From NCBI GenBank assembly GCA_965208615.1, contig CBDBPB010000006.1, positions 220,854 to 284,853 on the forward strand: a DNA stretch of 64,000 nucleotides. The letters are read 5' to 3'. A program made the position numbers and the translations under genes. The notes beneath the pieces were generated by a model. The model had not been told where the DNA came from. It made no database searches and saw only the letters and a program-made list of their open reading frames with translations. Shown here one piece after another: positions 1 through 9,322 of this stretch; within the stretch, counting starts at the first letter, position 1, and each line of letters begins with the position of its first letter. This DNA comes from Spirochaetota bacterium (GTDB lineage Bacteria; Spirochaetota; UBA6919; CBDBPB01).

Positions 1-1
1 A

Positions 2-447
2 GAGTTTAATAAATCTATTCGCTATAACTTACCATTTTCACTGGTTATGTGCGATATAGACTATTTTAAAAAAGTGAATGACAAATATGGACATAGATTT
101 GGAGATGAAATCTTAAAATATATTGCATATATCATTAAATCCGAAGTTAGAACTATTGATATTGTTGGACGATATGGTGGTGAGGAATTTATAGTTGTAA
201 TGCCTATGACTAAAAAAAAAGGGGCTTGTTATGCTGTTGAAAGAATAAGAAAAAAAATTACAAAAAAACTTATAAATTTAAAGATACCTTCCTTAAGGTA
301 ACTGTTAGCTTTGGCATTTCCAGCTTCTGTAACAACAATTATAAAAATATAGAAGAAATAATAGATAATGCAGATAAAGCACTATATTGTGCTAAAAAAA
401 GTGGGCGTAACCTAATAGTACATTGTGATGATAAAATATTACTCTAA
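2..447 (+). pseudogene. GGDEF diguanylate cyclase, C-terminal part (5' end off-window), frameshifted
   Basis: DIDYFKKVNDKYGH and RTID(I-site)IVGRYGGEEF are in the 47..301 frame. The domain end (KVTVSFGIS...ADKALYCAKKSGRN) is in another frame and stops at TAA 445-447. One extra A in the A7 run 262-268 would join them. Confidence 0.85.
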
Positions 448-1468
448 TCATAAACATTTATGCTTATATGGTACTAAGCCTAAATCAGAAATCATTGCAA
501 GATCATCTTTTGTAGATCTTCCTTTGGTAGTTAGGTAATTCCCTAAAAGCATACCACTTGCTCCTGCAAAGAATATCCAAGATTGCAGGTCTTTTAATAC
601 TTTTTCACGGCCCCCCATAACCATTATATTTTTATCAGGAAAAATTAATCTATATATAGCTACTATTTTCAATGCTTCAAAGGGTTTCAACAGTTTAACT
701 GATTCTAATGGAGTGCCTTTTATAGGATTCAAAAAATTAATTGGAATAGAGTCTACTTTTAGCATTCTTAAATCAAAGGCTAACTCTATACGTTGATCCC
801 AACTTTCTCCCATGCCAAATATACCTCCGCAACAGGTATATAATCCAACCTTTTTTGCATTTTTTATAATTTTTAATTCATCGTCATAAGAGTGGGTTGT
901 TATTATATTAGGAAAAAAACTTCGTGCACTTTCTAAGTTATGGTGGAAGTGGTCCATTCCAATGTTTTTTCAATTGTAAAAGCTCTTGCTCAGACATTAA
1001 ACCAAGAGAACTACAAACCTCCATATTGGTATTGGATTTTGTATACTTAATAGCTTTTTTAATAGTATCAAACTCTTTTGGGTTACTAAGTTTTTTACCA
1101 CTGGTTACAAAAGAGAATTCACTAGCTCCATTTTTTGCCGCATTATCTATTGATTTCTTAAGCTCCTCAAATGATAACAGTTTAAAGTTAGAGACTGGAG
1201 TATTAAATTTAGATGATTGTCCGCAAAAACCACAGTCCTCTGCACAAAGACCAGACTTAGCATTGGTAATAGAACAAAGAGTAATCTTTTTTCCAATAAA
1301 ACATTCCCTTACCTCATTAGCTCCTTGAAAAAGGGAAAATAGCTCTTTTAAGTCTTTTTCATGGTCAATGTTAGCAAGATATTTTGCCTCTTCAAAAGAA
1401 ATATCTTTTTTATTAAGAGCTTTTTCTTTTATGTTATTTATATCTACTTTAATAATAGCTTTATTCAT
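448..1468 (-). pseudogene. bioB: Biotin synthase, split by a frameshift in T6 run 965-970
   Basis: 938..1468 has the radical SAM motif CAEDCGFC. 448..957 has HHNLES, CCGGIFGMGE, SIPINFLNP, GGRE and GNYLTTKG. Removing one T gives LQLKNIGMDHFHHNLES. Confidence 0.93.
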
Positions 1469-1678
1469 AGTTCAGATAACCCAGTTATGCAATATTTTTT
1501 ATAAAATATAATTGTTGTACCAGTATTAATTTTTAAATAAACACGTTAATGATTAAATATAGTAAGCCCTAACATAACTGACAAACAATAGAATAATAAG
1601 AAACAAAAAAATTCCTAACATAAATATAATAAATTATCGATATAGAGTTTAACATAACACTTAAAAAGGATATTAGAT

Positions 1679-2095
1679 ATGGGGGCAAATTTTCAGCTGA
1701 CTAAGTACGATATGAAGGATTATCACGTATTCCGTTTAGAAGCAAATAATAAAAAAGAAAAAAACCCTTCTCAGATAGGCTTTGCCATAATAGAACTAAA
1801 AAATATTAAAATTACTTGTCCAAAATGTAAACGAGAAACTAAAATAATCCAAACATGGTGGCATAATAAATTACCATTTAAATATATATCAGGTCAGATA
1901 AAAGAGCTTGATATCTCCCTTTGCCTTGATTGCGCCGTAGAAGAAAACTATAACGGTATATCTGATCTCAAAAATAATTATAACAAAAATAAAAATAATC
2001 ATAGCCTACTAGCTCAATATGAAATAAATAATGAACAAATAGAGTATTATAAATTATATAAAGCAGAACAAGAAAAATTATTACCCGCCTACTAA
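1679..2095 (+). CDS. Hypothetical protein with two CxxC pairs (possible zinc ribbon)
   Basis: 138 aa; CPKC and CLDC; AAGGA RBS upstream. Confidence 0.65.
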   Translation: MGANFQLTKYDMKDYHVFRLEANNKKEKNPSQIGFAIIELKNIKITCPKCKRETKIIQTWWHNKLPFKYISGQIKELDISLCLDCAVEENYNGISDLKNNYNKNKNNHSLLAQYEINNEQIEYYKLYKAEQEKLLPAY

Positions 2096-2110
2096 AAATA
2101 TATAATTATT

Positions 2111-3199
2111 TTATTCCCACGTAAATATCTTAATAGATATAAAAAAACAAATCACTAATACAACTAATTGTGCTAATATCTGCTTTGACAAATGATAAAA
2201 TGGTACTCCATAATTAATAACCTCTCTTAAAGCCTCTGTTAGGTGAGTCAGGGGGATAAAATAAACTAAAGGACGTATAACCTCTGGAATACGATCAACA
2301 GAAAAATATACTCCACCCAATATCATCATAGGAAAAAATAAAATATTTGCCACTACAGCCGCAGTCTCTGCCTTTTTAACCCTACTCGCAATCAAAAAAC
2401 CAATAGAAGAAAATGTTAGTAATCCCACAGTTAAAACTATTATTAATGATAATATATCTCCATAAATCTTTATCCCAAAAAATAAATAGGCTATAATAAT
2501 AAGAAATATGGTTTCTAATAAAACAATAATATACCTTTCTATTATGTGTCCCGCTATAAAAATAGACTTTCTAAGAGGCGTTAACGAAAGCCTTCTTAGT
2601 TTTCCGTGTTCCCTGTAAGATGAAATAAGTATACCTATTCCAAAAAGACAAGTAGACATTATTGTCATGCCGATAACACCAGGATAAAGAAAATCAATAT
2701 AGGATAATTTCCTTTTTCTATTAGCTAAATTAACCTTTTTCAACTTGATAACTGGTGACTTTTTAAGTAAATTAAAATTAATAGAAAGTAAATGTTCATG
2801 TAGTAAAGAAATTACATTCTCATTGCTAGCGCCATAAACCATATTGTAATATAAAACAATCTCACTACGACTTTTAAGAAAACTATTCCTAAACCCCTTT
2901 GGAACAACTAATACTAATTCCCCATGATTATAATTAGTCTTTTGTTTAAAACTGTCAAAGGTATTAATTACCTTAATATTTATATCCTTAGCCCTTTTCA
3001 GCTGATTAATAACTAAAATTGAACTATCTGACTTATCTTTATCATAAACATAAACAACAGCCTTTTTTTCATCATAGGTAAAAAACCAGCCTACCAATAT
3101 CATCATAAGAGCGGGGAATAAAAATGACCAGTATACAGATATAGGCTCTCTAAAAAATAATTTTAACTCTAAAATAATTTGATTTAATAAAACCCTCAT
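2111..3199 (-). CDS. ABC-2 type transporter permease
   Basis: N-terminal TM, large extracytoplasmic loop, then several TMs; YIDFLYPG, RE.G.LRRL..TP and PLTHL..ALR motifs; 4-bp overlap with the ATPase. Confidence 0.92.
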   Translation of the reverse strand: MRVLLNQIILELKLFFREPISVYWSFLFPALMMILVGWFFTYDEKKAVVYVYDKDKSDSSILVINQLKRAKDINIKVINTFDSFKQKTNYNHGELVLVVPKGFRNSFLKSRSEIVLYYNMVYGASNENVISLLHEHLLSINFNLLKKSPVIKLKKVNLANRKRKLSYIDFLYPGVIGMTIMSTCLFGIGILISSYREHGKLRRLSLTPLRKSIFIAGHIIERYIIVLLETIFLIIIAYLFFGIKIYGDILSLIIVLTVGLLTFSSIGFLIASRVKKAETAAVVANILFFPMMILGGVYFSVDRIPEVIRPLVYFIPLTHLTEALREVINYGVPFYHLSKQILAQLVVLVICFFISIKIFTWE

Positions 3200-4110
3200 T
3201 CTTTTAAATCTCTACCAGTTAGCTCTAAAAAAAGATCCTCAAGATTAGCCTCTTTAACAATCATCTTTTCAATAAAAAGTAACTTCTTTTTAGCCATATC
3301 TGTTAAAGCAGTAATAACTCCCATAGAATCCTTAGTAAAAAGAGTAGCGGTATATCCCAAAAGCTTTACCTCACTAACTCCGTCAATATTATAAAGTAAG
3401 GATATATTAACCTCATTAGTAAAATGTACGCTTATTGTACTTTTTAGATTCCTCTTTTCAATTAAGGCTCTAGGGGTATCCAAGTCAATAATTTTACCTC
3501 TATCCATTATTGCAATACGATTACATAGTTTTTGAGCCTCTTCCATATAATGGGTGGTTAATACAACAGTTTTATTATTATTCTTCATTTTCTCAATAAT
3601 CTGCCATAAATTCCTCCTTGCATGAGGATCAATTCCAGCAGTAGGCTCATCCAAAAAAACCACCTTTGGATCGTTTACTAAGGCCAGTCCCAAAGATAGC
3701 CTTTGTTTTTGTCCTCCAGATAAATCCTTAAAATATGTGTTTTGTTTATCTCTAAGGGATAATATATCAAGGAGTTCGTCAATATTTACAGGATTTTTAT
3801 AATATCCAGCAAAAACTTTTAATGCCTCTATTACCTTAATTTTATCATAAATACTACTGGACTGCAATTGAACACCAATAATTTGCTTAATCTTATAGTA
3901 ATCTTTAGTTAGATTTTTGTCATCAATGAGAACTTCACCTTCATCAGGCTTACGCAGTCCCTCAAGGATTTCTAATGTAGTAGTTTTACCAGCTCCATTT
4001 GGCCCTAAGAATCCAAAGACCTCTCCCTGATTAATCTCAAAAGAAACGTCATCCAAAGCTTTTAGAGAGCCGTAATACTTAAATAAGCCTTTAGCAACTA
4101 TACCCGGCAT
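3196..4110 (-). CDS. ABC-2 type transporter ATP-binding protein
   Basis: Walker A GPNGAGKTT, LSGGQ signature, VFLDEPT, TTHYMEEA. Confidence 0.96.
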   Translation of the reverse strand: MPGIVAKGLFKYYGSLKALDDVSFEINQGEVFGFLGPNGAGKTTTLEILEGLRKPDEGEVLIDDKNLTKDYYKIKQIIGVQLQSSSIYDKIKVIEALKVFAGYYKNPVNIDELLDILSLRDKQNTYFKDLSGGQKQRLSLGLALVNDPKVVFLDEPTAGIDPHARRNLWQIIEKMKNNNKTVVLTTHYMEEAQKLCNRIAIMDRGKIIDLDTPRALIEKRNLKSTISVHFTNEVNISLLYNIDGVSEVKLLGYTATLFTKDSMGVITALTDMAKKKLLFIEKMIVKEANLEDLFLELTGRDLKE

Positions 4111-4266
4111 TAACTCCCCTATATATTAACTAATTAGTATTAGCAATAAGTTCTAAGGTCTTAACTTAAAGGTTAATACATAAAAGTTAATACAGAAAAA
4201 CCTTTGGGCAAACCTATTTATGTTATTTATACCAGTTTTTAAAAAGACTATACAAAATATAGCTTG

Positions 4267-4812
4267 CTAATCTTTTTCAGTAAAAACCTCTGCCTCAAAA
4301 AGTTCAATTTCAGCTCCCCTTTTCCACATATCCTTTGGCAATGAGGCTTTTAAACATGTATAATTTAAAAAAGCGTATTTATCCCAATTATTCTCTATTG
4401 CTACCTGAGGTAATAAAAGTCCTTTATTATACTTATGGGATATAATAATACCATGCCTTCCAATAACAATATCTTCTGGCTTTCCTTCTTTAGGCTCAGA
4501 CATAATCGATATTTCTATGTCAACATCAGAATATTCATCTTTTGACAAAGGAGAAAAACGTGGATCATTAAATGCACTAGAATATGCCATCTTATTAACA
4601 GCTTCAATAATAGGATTTATAGCCTCTATAGTACCTATACAGCCCCTAAGAACACCATTTATGTGAATAGTAACAAAAACCCCCCTCTTTTCAAAAAAGA
4701 TAGGAGCCTCTAACTTAGGACTCTTATTAGAACTTCCAAAAAGCTCAATTTCAATTACCTTTCTGACCAACAATATAAGCTCTTTGCCCTCTTTAATAGT
4801 TAACCTTTCCAT
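4267..4812 (-). CDS. amrA: AMMECR1 family protein (AmmeMemoRadiSam system protein A)
   Basis: GVFVTI...LRGCIG, AFNDPRFSPL, GLLLPQVA and CLKA motifs. Confidence 0.92.
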   Translation of the reverse strand: MERLTIKEGKELILLVRKVIEIELFGSSNKSPKLEAPIFFEKRGVFVTIHINGVLRGCIGTIEAINPIIEAVNKMAYSSAFNDPRFSPLSKDEYSDVDIEISIMSEPKEGKPEDIVIGRHGIIISHKYNKGLLLPQVAIENNWDKYAFLNYTCLKASLPKDMWKRGAEIELFEAEVFTEKD

Positions 4813-5991
4813 TAACTACTCCCCCTAAAGTTATAAAAAAAATATGATGCAATTTCTATAATCCTCTTTGGAATACTGTCTAAGTCTAAAACTTCATCAA
4901 CTCCGTCTAAATCAATGGCTACCTTAGGCATCCCAAATATTACAGAAGTTTTTTCATCCTGAGCTAAAGCTATACCCCCATTTAATTTTATCTTTCTAAT
5001 CGCTTTAGCTCCATCTTTTCCCATTCCAGTCATAATAACACCAATAATTCTATTATTAAATGCCTCAAGAGCCGAGTTAAATAATAATTCTACACTAGGT
5101 CTATGACCGCAAACCAAGCCAGATCCACTAAGCCTTATTTTTGGAGAACCATCCAATAACTTTACTAACAAATGTCTATTTCCAGGAGCAATATATACAG
5201 TCCCTTTTTTTAATATATCTCCATCTTCTGCCTCTTTAACACTTAAAGAACATATTTCATCCAAGCCTTTGGTAAACTCATAAGTAAATCCCTCAGGCAT
5301 ATGTTGAACAATTAAAATAGAAAGGGGAAAGTTAGCAGGAAAACGTGGTATAATCTTCCTAAGAGCATAAGGTCCTCCAGTAGAAATACCAATAACCACA
5401 GCCTCTAATGAATTAATGGCTTTTAATTTATTCTTAAGCTCATTAGGGATTCTATTTAAAAAACTAACTTCTTTAGGTTGAGGAGAATCCCTAGTAAAGC
5501 GATCAGGAGAACTCTTTTTAGAAATCTTGTCAATCTTTTCTTTAAGAATGTCTCTCTTATCCAAATGCTTAAAACCTATAGAATGAAAAAAACTTTATTT
5601 TAGAAATTATCTCATCCTTTATCGAATGAATATCTAAGGAAATATTTCCAGATGGCTTTACAATAAAATCTTTTGCCCCAAGCTTAATACACTCTAATGT
5701 AAGCTTGGGTCTGTTTTTACCTAAGGCACTTAATATAATTGTAGGTATATCAATATTTAATTCCCTGCATTTCTTTAAAAACTCAATTCCATTCATTTCA
5801 GGCATTTCTATATCAAGTAATACCACATCTACATCGAGGTACTCAATCTTCTTTAAAGCAAATATACCATTAATAGCAGTATCCACAACTCTAATACTAG
5901 AATCTTCTTCCAGCAATTTAGTAATAAACTTCCTCATCAAGGATGAATCATCTACAACCAATACATTAATAGGCTCCAAATTATACCTCAA
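4812..5991 (-). pseudogene. cheB: Chemotaxis methylesterase CheB (REC + methylesterase), split by a frameshift in A7 run 5586-5592
   Basis: 5569..5991 is the REC domain (VVDDS, LDIEMPEMNG, FIVKP). 4812..5564 has the catalytic motifs GISTGG, VQHMP, HRPSV and TGMGKDG. Deleting one A fuses them: KIKFFHSIGFKHLDKRD. Confidence 0.92.
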
Positions 5992-6107
5992 AATAATTAT
6001 TTATAGGGTTAAGCTATATCAAAAAAAATAAATGAGTTCTAATATGTTTAATTATTAAAACCTTATATAGCAAACTTTATATAAATACAGACCTCCAGAT
6101 ACTCAAT

Positions 6108-6851
6108 TTATACCCATTTTGACGACTTTAAATAATGCCCTAAAATAGATGCAATAAGCTTTTCAATGGATAAACTAATTTCTTTCTTAAAAAAGTTATT
6201 CATTTTTAATTGGCTAACTTTATCTATTTCTAAATTAACTAAATCTAATAAAAATCTGTATGCCCCTATAGATATTTCTTTATCATTTTTCTTATTAGAA
6301 CATTCATAACAAAATATCCAACCGCTATTTGTGGATGTATAAACCTTATTCATTTTTGACATAATCAACTTACCGCATTGACTGCAAGTTAATAAATCCG
6401 GTAAAAAGCCCAATTTCTTTAAAAGCTTTAACTGAAAACTCCTTATAAACTCATAGGAGTTATTAATACTTTTAACACAAAAAGTCAAACTATCACTTAA
6501 CAAATTATAAATACTTTTATTACAACAACCAGGCTGAATAAAACAATCAATAAATTCTGCAATATTATATAATTGATATATAATAGATAAATCCCCTTTT
6601 ATCGAATTAAGAGAAGTAATAATTGAAACTTCCTTAATATAATAAATATCCCCTTTTTTTGATGACCTTAATACAATAGAAACCTCATTAAGGAGTTCAA
6701 ATGCACTACCATAACTACTATTTGTTTTTCTAACGCCATAAGCAATAATCTGAATTTTACCAAGTGTATCGCTTAATAGAGTTATGATTTTATGGGACTC
6801 ACCAAACTCAGTTCCTTTTATTATAAATCCTCTAGATTTTATTATCTTCAT
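6108..6851 (-). CDS. recO: DNA repair protein RecO
   Basis: GESHKIITLL...GKI..IAYGVRK..S; LGFLPDL..CSQCG...CYEC zinc site. Confidence 0.9.
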   Translation of the reverse strand: MKIIKSRGFIIKGTEFGESHKIITLLSDTLGKIQIIAYGVRKTNSSYGSAFELLNEVSIVLRSSKKGDIYYIKEVSIITSLNSIKGDLSIIYQLYNIAEFIDCFIQPGCCNKSIYNLLSDSLTFCVKSINNSYEFIRSFQLKLLKKLGFLPDLLTCSQCGKLIMSKMNKVYTSTNSGWIFCYECSNKKNDKEISIGAYRFLLDLVNLEIDKVSQLKMNNFFKKEISLSIEKLIASILGHYLKSSKWV

Positions 6852-6876
6852 TAGTAGTCTTAAACGAATAACCTAT

Positions 6877-7671
6877 TTAAGTTATTTTATTGTTGTTAGT
6901 TAAAATATTTTCATTATTAGGTAGGATGGCCATTTTTATTTTATTTATTCTATTTCCATCAATGCTATCGACTTCAAATTCAAGATTATTATAAACAATT
7001 TTTTCACCTTGTTCAGGTATTCTTCCAAAAAGATTAAATATTAATCCTCCAATGGTATCAGCCTCTTTTATAGGCAGAAAAACTTTTAATGATATATTAA
7101 TATCTTCTAAATATGTTCTTGAGTCTAAAAGATAATTATTTTTAGAAATCTCAATAATAAGTTCCTCTTCTTCATCATATTCATCTTGAATCTCTCCAAC
7201 AATTTCTTCTAAAACATCTTCCAATGCAACTATACCAGAAACACCTCCATATTCATCCACCACAATTGCAATATGATTTTTGCTTTCTTTTAGTTCCTTT
7301 AAAAGAGAAAGTACTTTTTTAGTCTCTGGAATAAAATAAGGTGGTCGTAATATAGACTTCAACTCTAATTCTGGCTTTTTTTGAAAAAAGAAAGTAAAAA
7401 GATCTTTAACATATAAAACTCCTATAATATCATCCACAGACTTATCCCACACAGGAAATCTTGAATGTCCCTCTTCTTTTATAACATCAATAATATCTTT
7501 AAAAGAAGACTTTAGAGAAAATGTTATAACATCAATTCTTGGAACCATAATCTCTTTTACAGTTGTAGATCCCATAGTAGAAAGCCTGTCTATTATTTCT
7601 TTTACTACAGGGCTTTCTTCTTTTTCTTTTTCTCTTTTATCGTTTTTGCCTAGTTTAAAAAACCCTAGCAT
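6877..7671 (-). CDS. HlyC/CorC family CBS-domain protein
   Basis: IMVPRIDV, GHSRFPV, VVDEYGG.SG...EDVLEEIVGEIQDEYD and a CorC C-terminal domain; follows ybeY. Confidence 0.92.
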   Translation of the reverse strand: MLGFFKLGKNDKREKEKEESPVVKEIIDRLSTMGSTTVKEIMVPRIDVITFSLKSSFKDIIDVIKEEGHSRFPVWDKSVDDIIGVLYVKDLFTFFFQKKPELELKSILRPPYFIPETKKVLSLLKELKESKNHIAIVVDEYGGVSGIVALEDVLEEIVGEIQDEYDEEEELIIEISKNNYLLDSRTYLEDINISLKVFLPIKEADTIGGLIFNLFGRIPEQGEKIVYNNLEFEVDSIDGNRINKIKMAILPNNENILTNNNKIT

Positions 7672-8114
7672 ATATTAGTTTTAGTTACCTCCTTAAGAAC
7701 TCTTTCTTCTAACTTATGCATATTTCTTTTTTCAGTATTACTTCTCTCATGGTCATAGCCCAATAGATGCAGAATACCATGGGTTAGTAGTCTTAACATT
7801 TCTTTTTCAAAAGAAACTTCATATTTATTTGCCTGTTCCGCTACCTTTTCTAAGGATATAGCAATATCACCAATATAACTATCTTCATTAGATTCAAACG
7901 CCAAAACATCTGTAGGATAATCCTTACTACGAAAGTCTTTATTAAGCCTTTTAATAGTCTTATTATCACAGAACAATAGACTAACTTCTTTTTTATCAAT
8001 AGATAAGGCCTTAAGAATATTAGAGACCATCTTTCGCAAAGTTTTTACCTTTACTATTTCAGAATACTCAGAAAAGCTTTTACATAAATCACAATTAATA
8101 TCAATTTTATTCAT
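7665..8114 (-). CDS. ybeY: rRNA maturation endoribonuclease YbeY
   Basis: LNKDFRSKDYPTDVLAF and HGILHLLGYDH. Confidence 0.95.
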   Translation of the reverse strand: MNKIDINCDLCKSFSEYSEIVKVKTLRKMVSNILKALSIDKKEVSLLFCDNKTIKRLNKDFRSKDYPTDVLAFESNEDSYIGDIAISLEKVAEQANKYEVSFEKEMLRLLTHGILHLLGYDHERSNTEKRNMHKLEERVLKEVTKTNIC

Positions 8115-8357
8115 ATAATCTATATTACACTAATATATACAACCAGTTATTATTATTTGATTCACATTTCTCTAAACTATAACAGTTTATTTTATTTTTG
8201 AGTAGTTACTAATATACCATAACGTTTTTAGCAACTAAATCTTACTAAATCATCTCTACTTTAAAAAACACTTAATTTAACCTTATAGTTATAACTCATT
8301 ATAACTATATAATATAAAATACTATGGTTATTTGCAAGCTATTTAATAACTCCATTT

Positions 8358-9308
8358 TTATTTTTTATCAAAAGCTTTTATAATCTCCTTAACAAGAGGA
8401 TGGCGAATAATATCAGAATTATTAAAATGGATAATACTAATACCATCAATAGATTTGAGGATTTTATTAGCAATAAGAAGTCCTGAATTATTTTTTTTAG
8501 CTATGTCTATTTGAGTTAAATCTCCGGTAACTACCGTTTTTGAATGAGGACCTAATCTGGTAAGAAACATTTTCATTTGTAGTACAGTAGTATTTTGTGC
8601 TTCATCCAAAATAATAAAAGAATTATCTAAGGTTCTTCCTCTCATATAGGCAAGAGGAGCTACCTCAATTCTGTCTTTCTCTCTAAATTTTATAAAATCT
8701 TCATAGGGTAAAATATCATAAATTGCATCAAAAAGTGGACGTAAATAAGGATTTATCTTTTGCTCTAGATCGCCTGGTAAAAAGCCAAGATTTTCTCCGG
8801 CTTCTACTATAGGTCTAGTTAAAATTAACCTTTGTATTCTATCTTCTAAAAGTGCCAATACTCCCAAAGCTACTGATAAATAAGTCTTACCCGTACCAGC
8901 TGGTCCAATACCAAAAACTAAGTCATTCTCCTTAATTGCCTTTAAATAATCAGCTTGATTACTAGTTTTTGGCTTTATCACCTTAGCACTACGATGAATA
9001 AATATCTGATTATTGTCTAAGCTCCCTGGACAAAACCTTTCATCTTTTTTAACTTGGTGAACCATAATCTCAAGGTCGTTCCCAAAAATATTATGCCCTT
9101 TTTGGGACTCATGAAAGAGAATGTTTAAAACTTTCTCTGCCATAAAAATATTATCTTTTTTTCCTTCTATAAAAACCCTATTTCCTTTAGGAAAGATTGA
9201 CACTAAAAATTCTTTTTCTATAAACCTAATTTTATTGTCATTCTCCCCAAACAAAAGTAAGGGATTTCTTAAGTCTTCAAAAATAATCTCTTTATTTTGC
9301 ATTACCAA
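8358..9308 (-). CDS. phoH: PhoH family ATPase
   Basis: GPAGTGKT, EAGENLGFLPGD, PLAYMRGRTL, DEAQN, RHPLV. Confidence 0.95.
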   Translation of the reverse strand: MVMQNKEIIFEDLRNPLLLFGENDNKIRFIEKEFLVSIFPKGNRVFIEGKKDNIFMAEKVLNILFHESQKGHNIFGNDLEIMVHQVKKDERFCPGSLDNNQIFIHRSAKVIKPKTSNQADYLKAIKENDLVFGIGPAGTGKTYLSVALGVLALLEDRIQRLILTRPIVEAGENLGFLPGDLEQKINPYLRPLFDAIYDILPYEDFIKFREKDRIEVAPLAYMRGRTLDNSFIILDEAQNTTVLQMKMFLTRLGPHSKTVVTGDLTQIDIAKKNNSGLLIANKILKSIDGISIIHFNNSDIIRHPLVKEIIKAFDKK

Positions 9309-9322
9309 AACAAAATAATATA

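Noticed and set aside
924-1328. Antisense and alternate-frame ORFs in the track (e.g. 924..1328, 5705..6031, 18163..18522, 24363..24677, 37969..38286, 39932..40126, 47757..48083, 51345..51731, 55234..55563)
   Set aside because: Shadows of well-supported genes, with no recognisable motifs.
1469-1678. BirA operator upstream of bioB
   Set aside because: No TGT(A/C)AAC-N15/16-GTT(T/G)ACA dyad found by eye.
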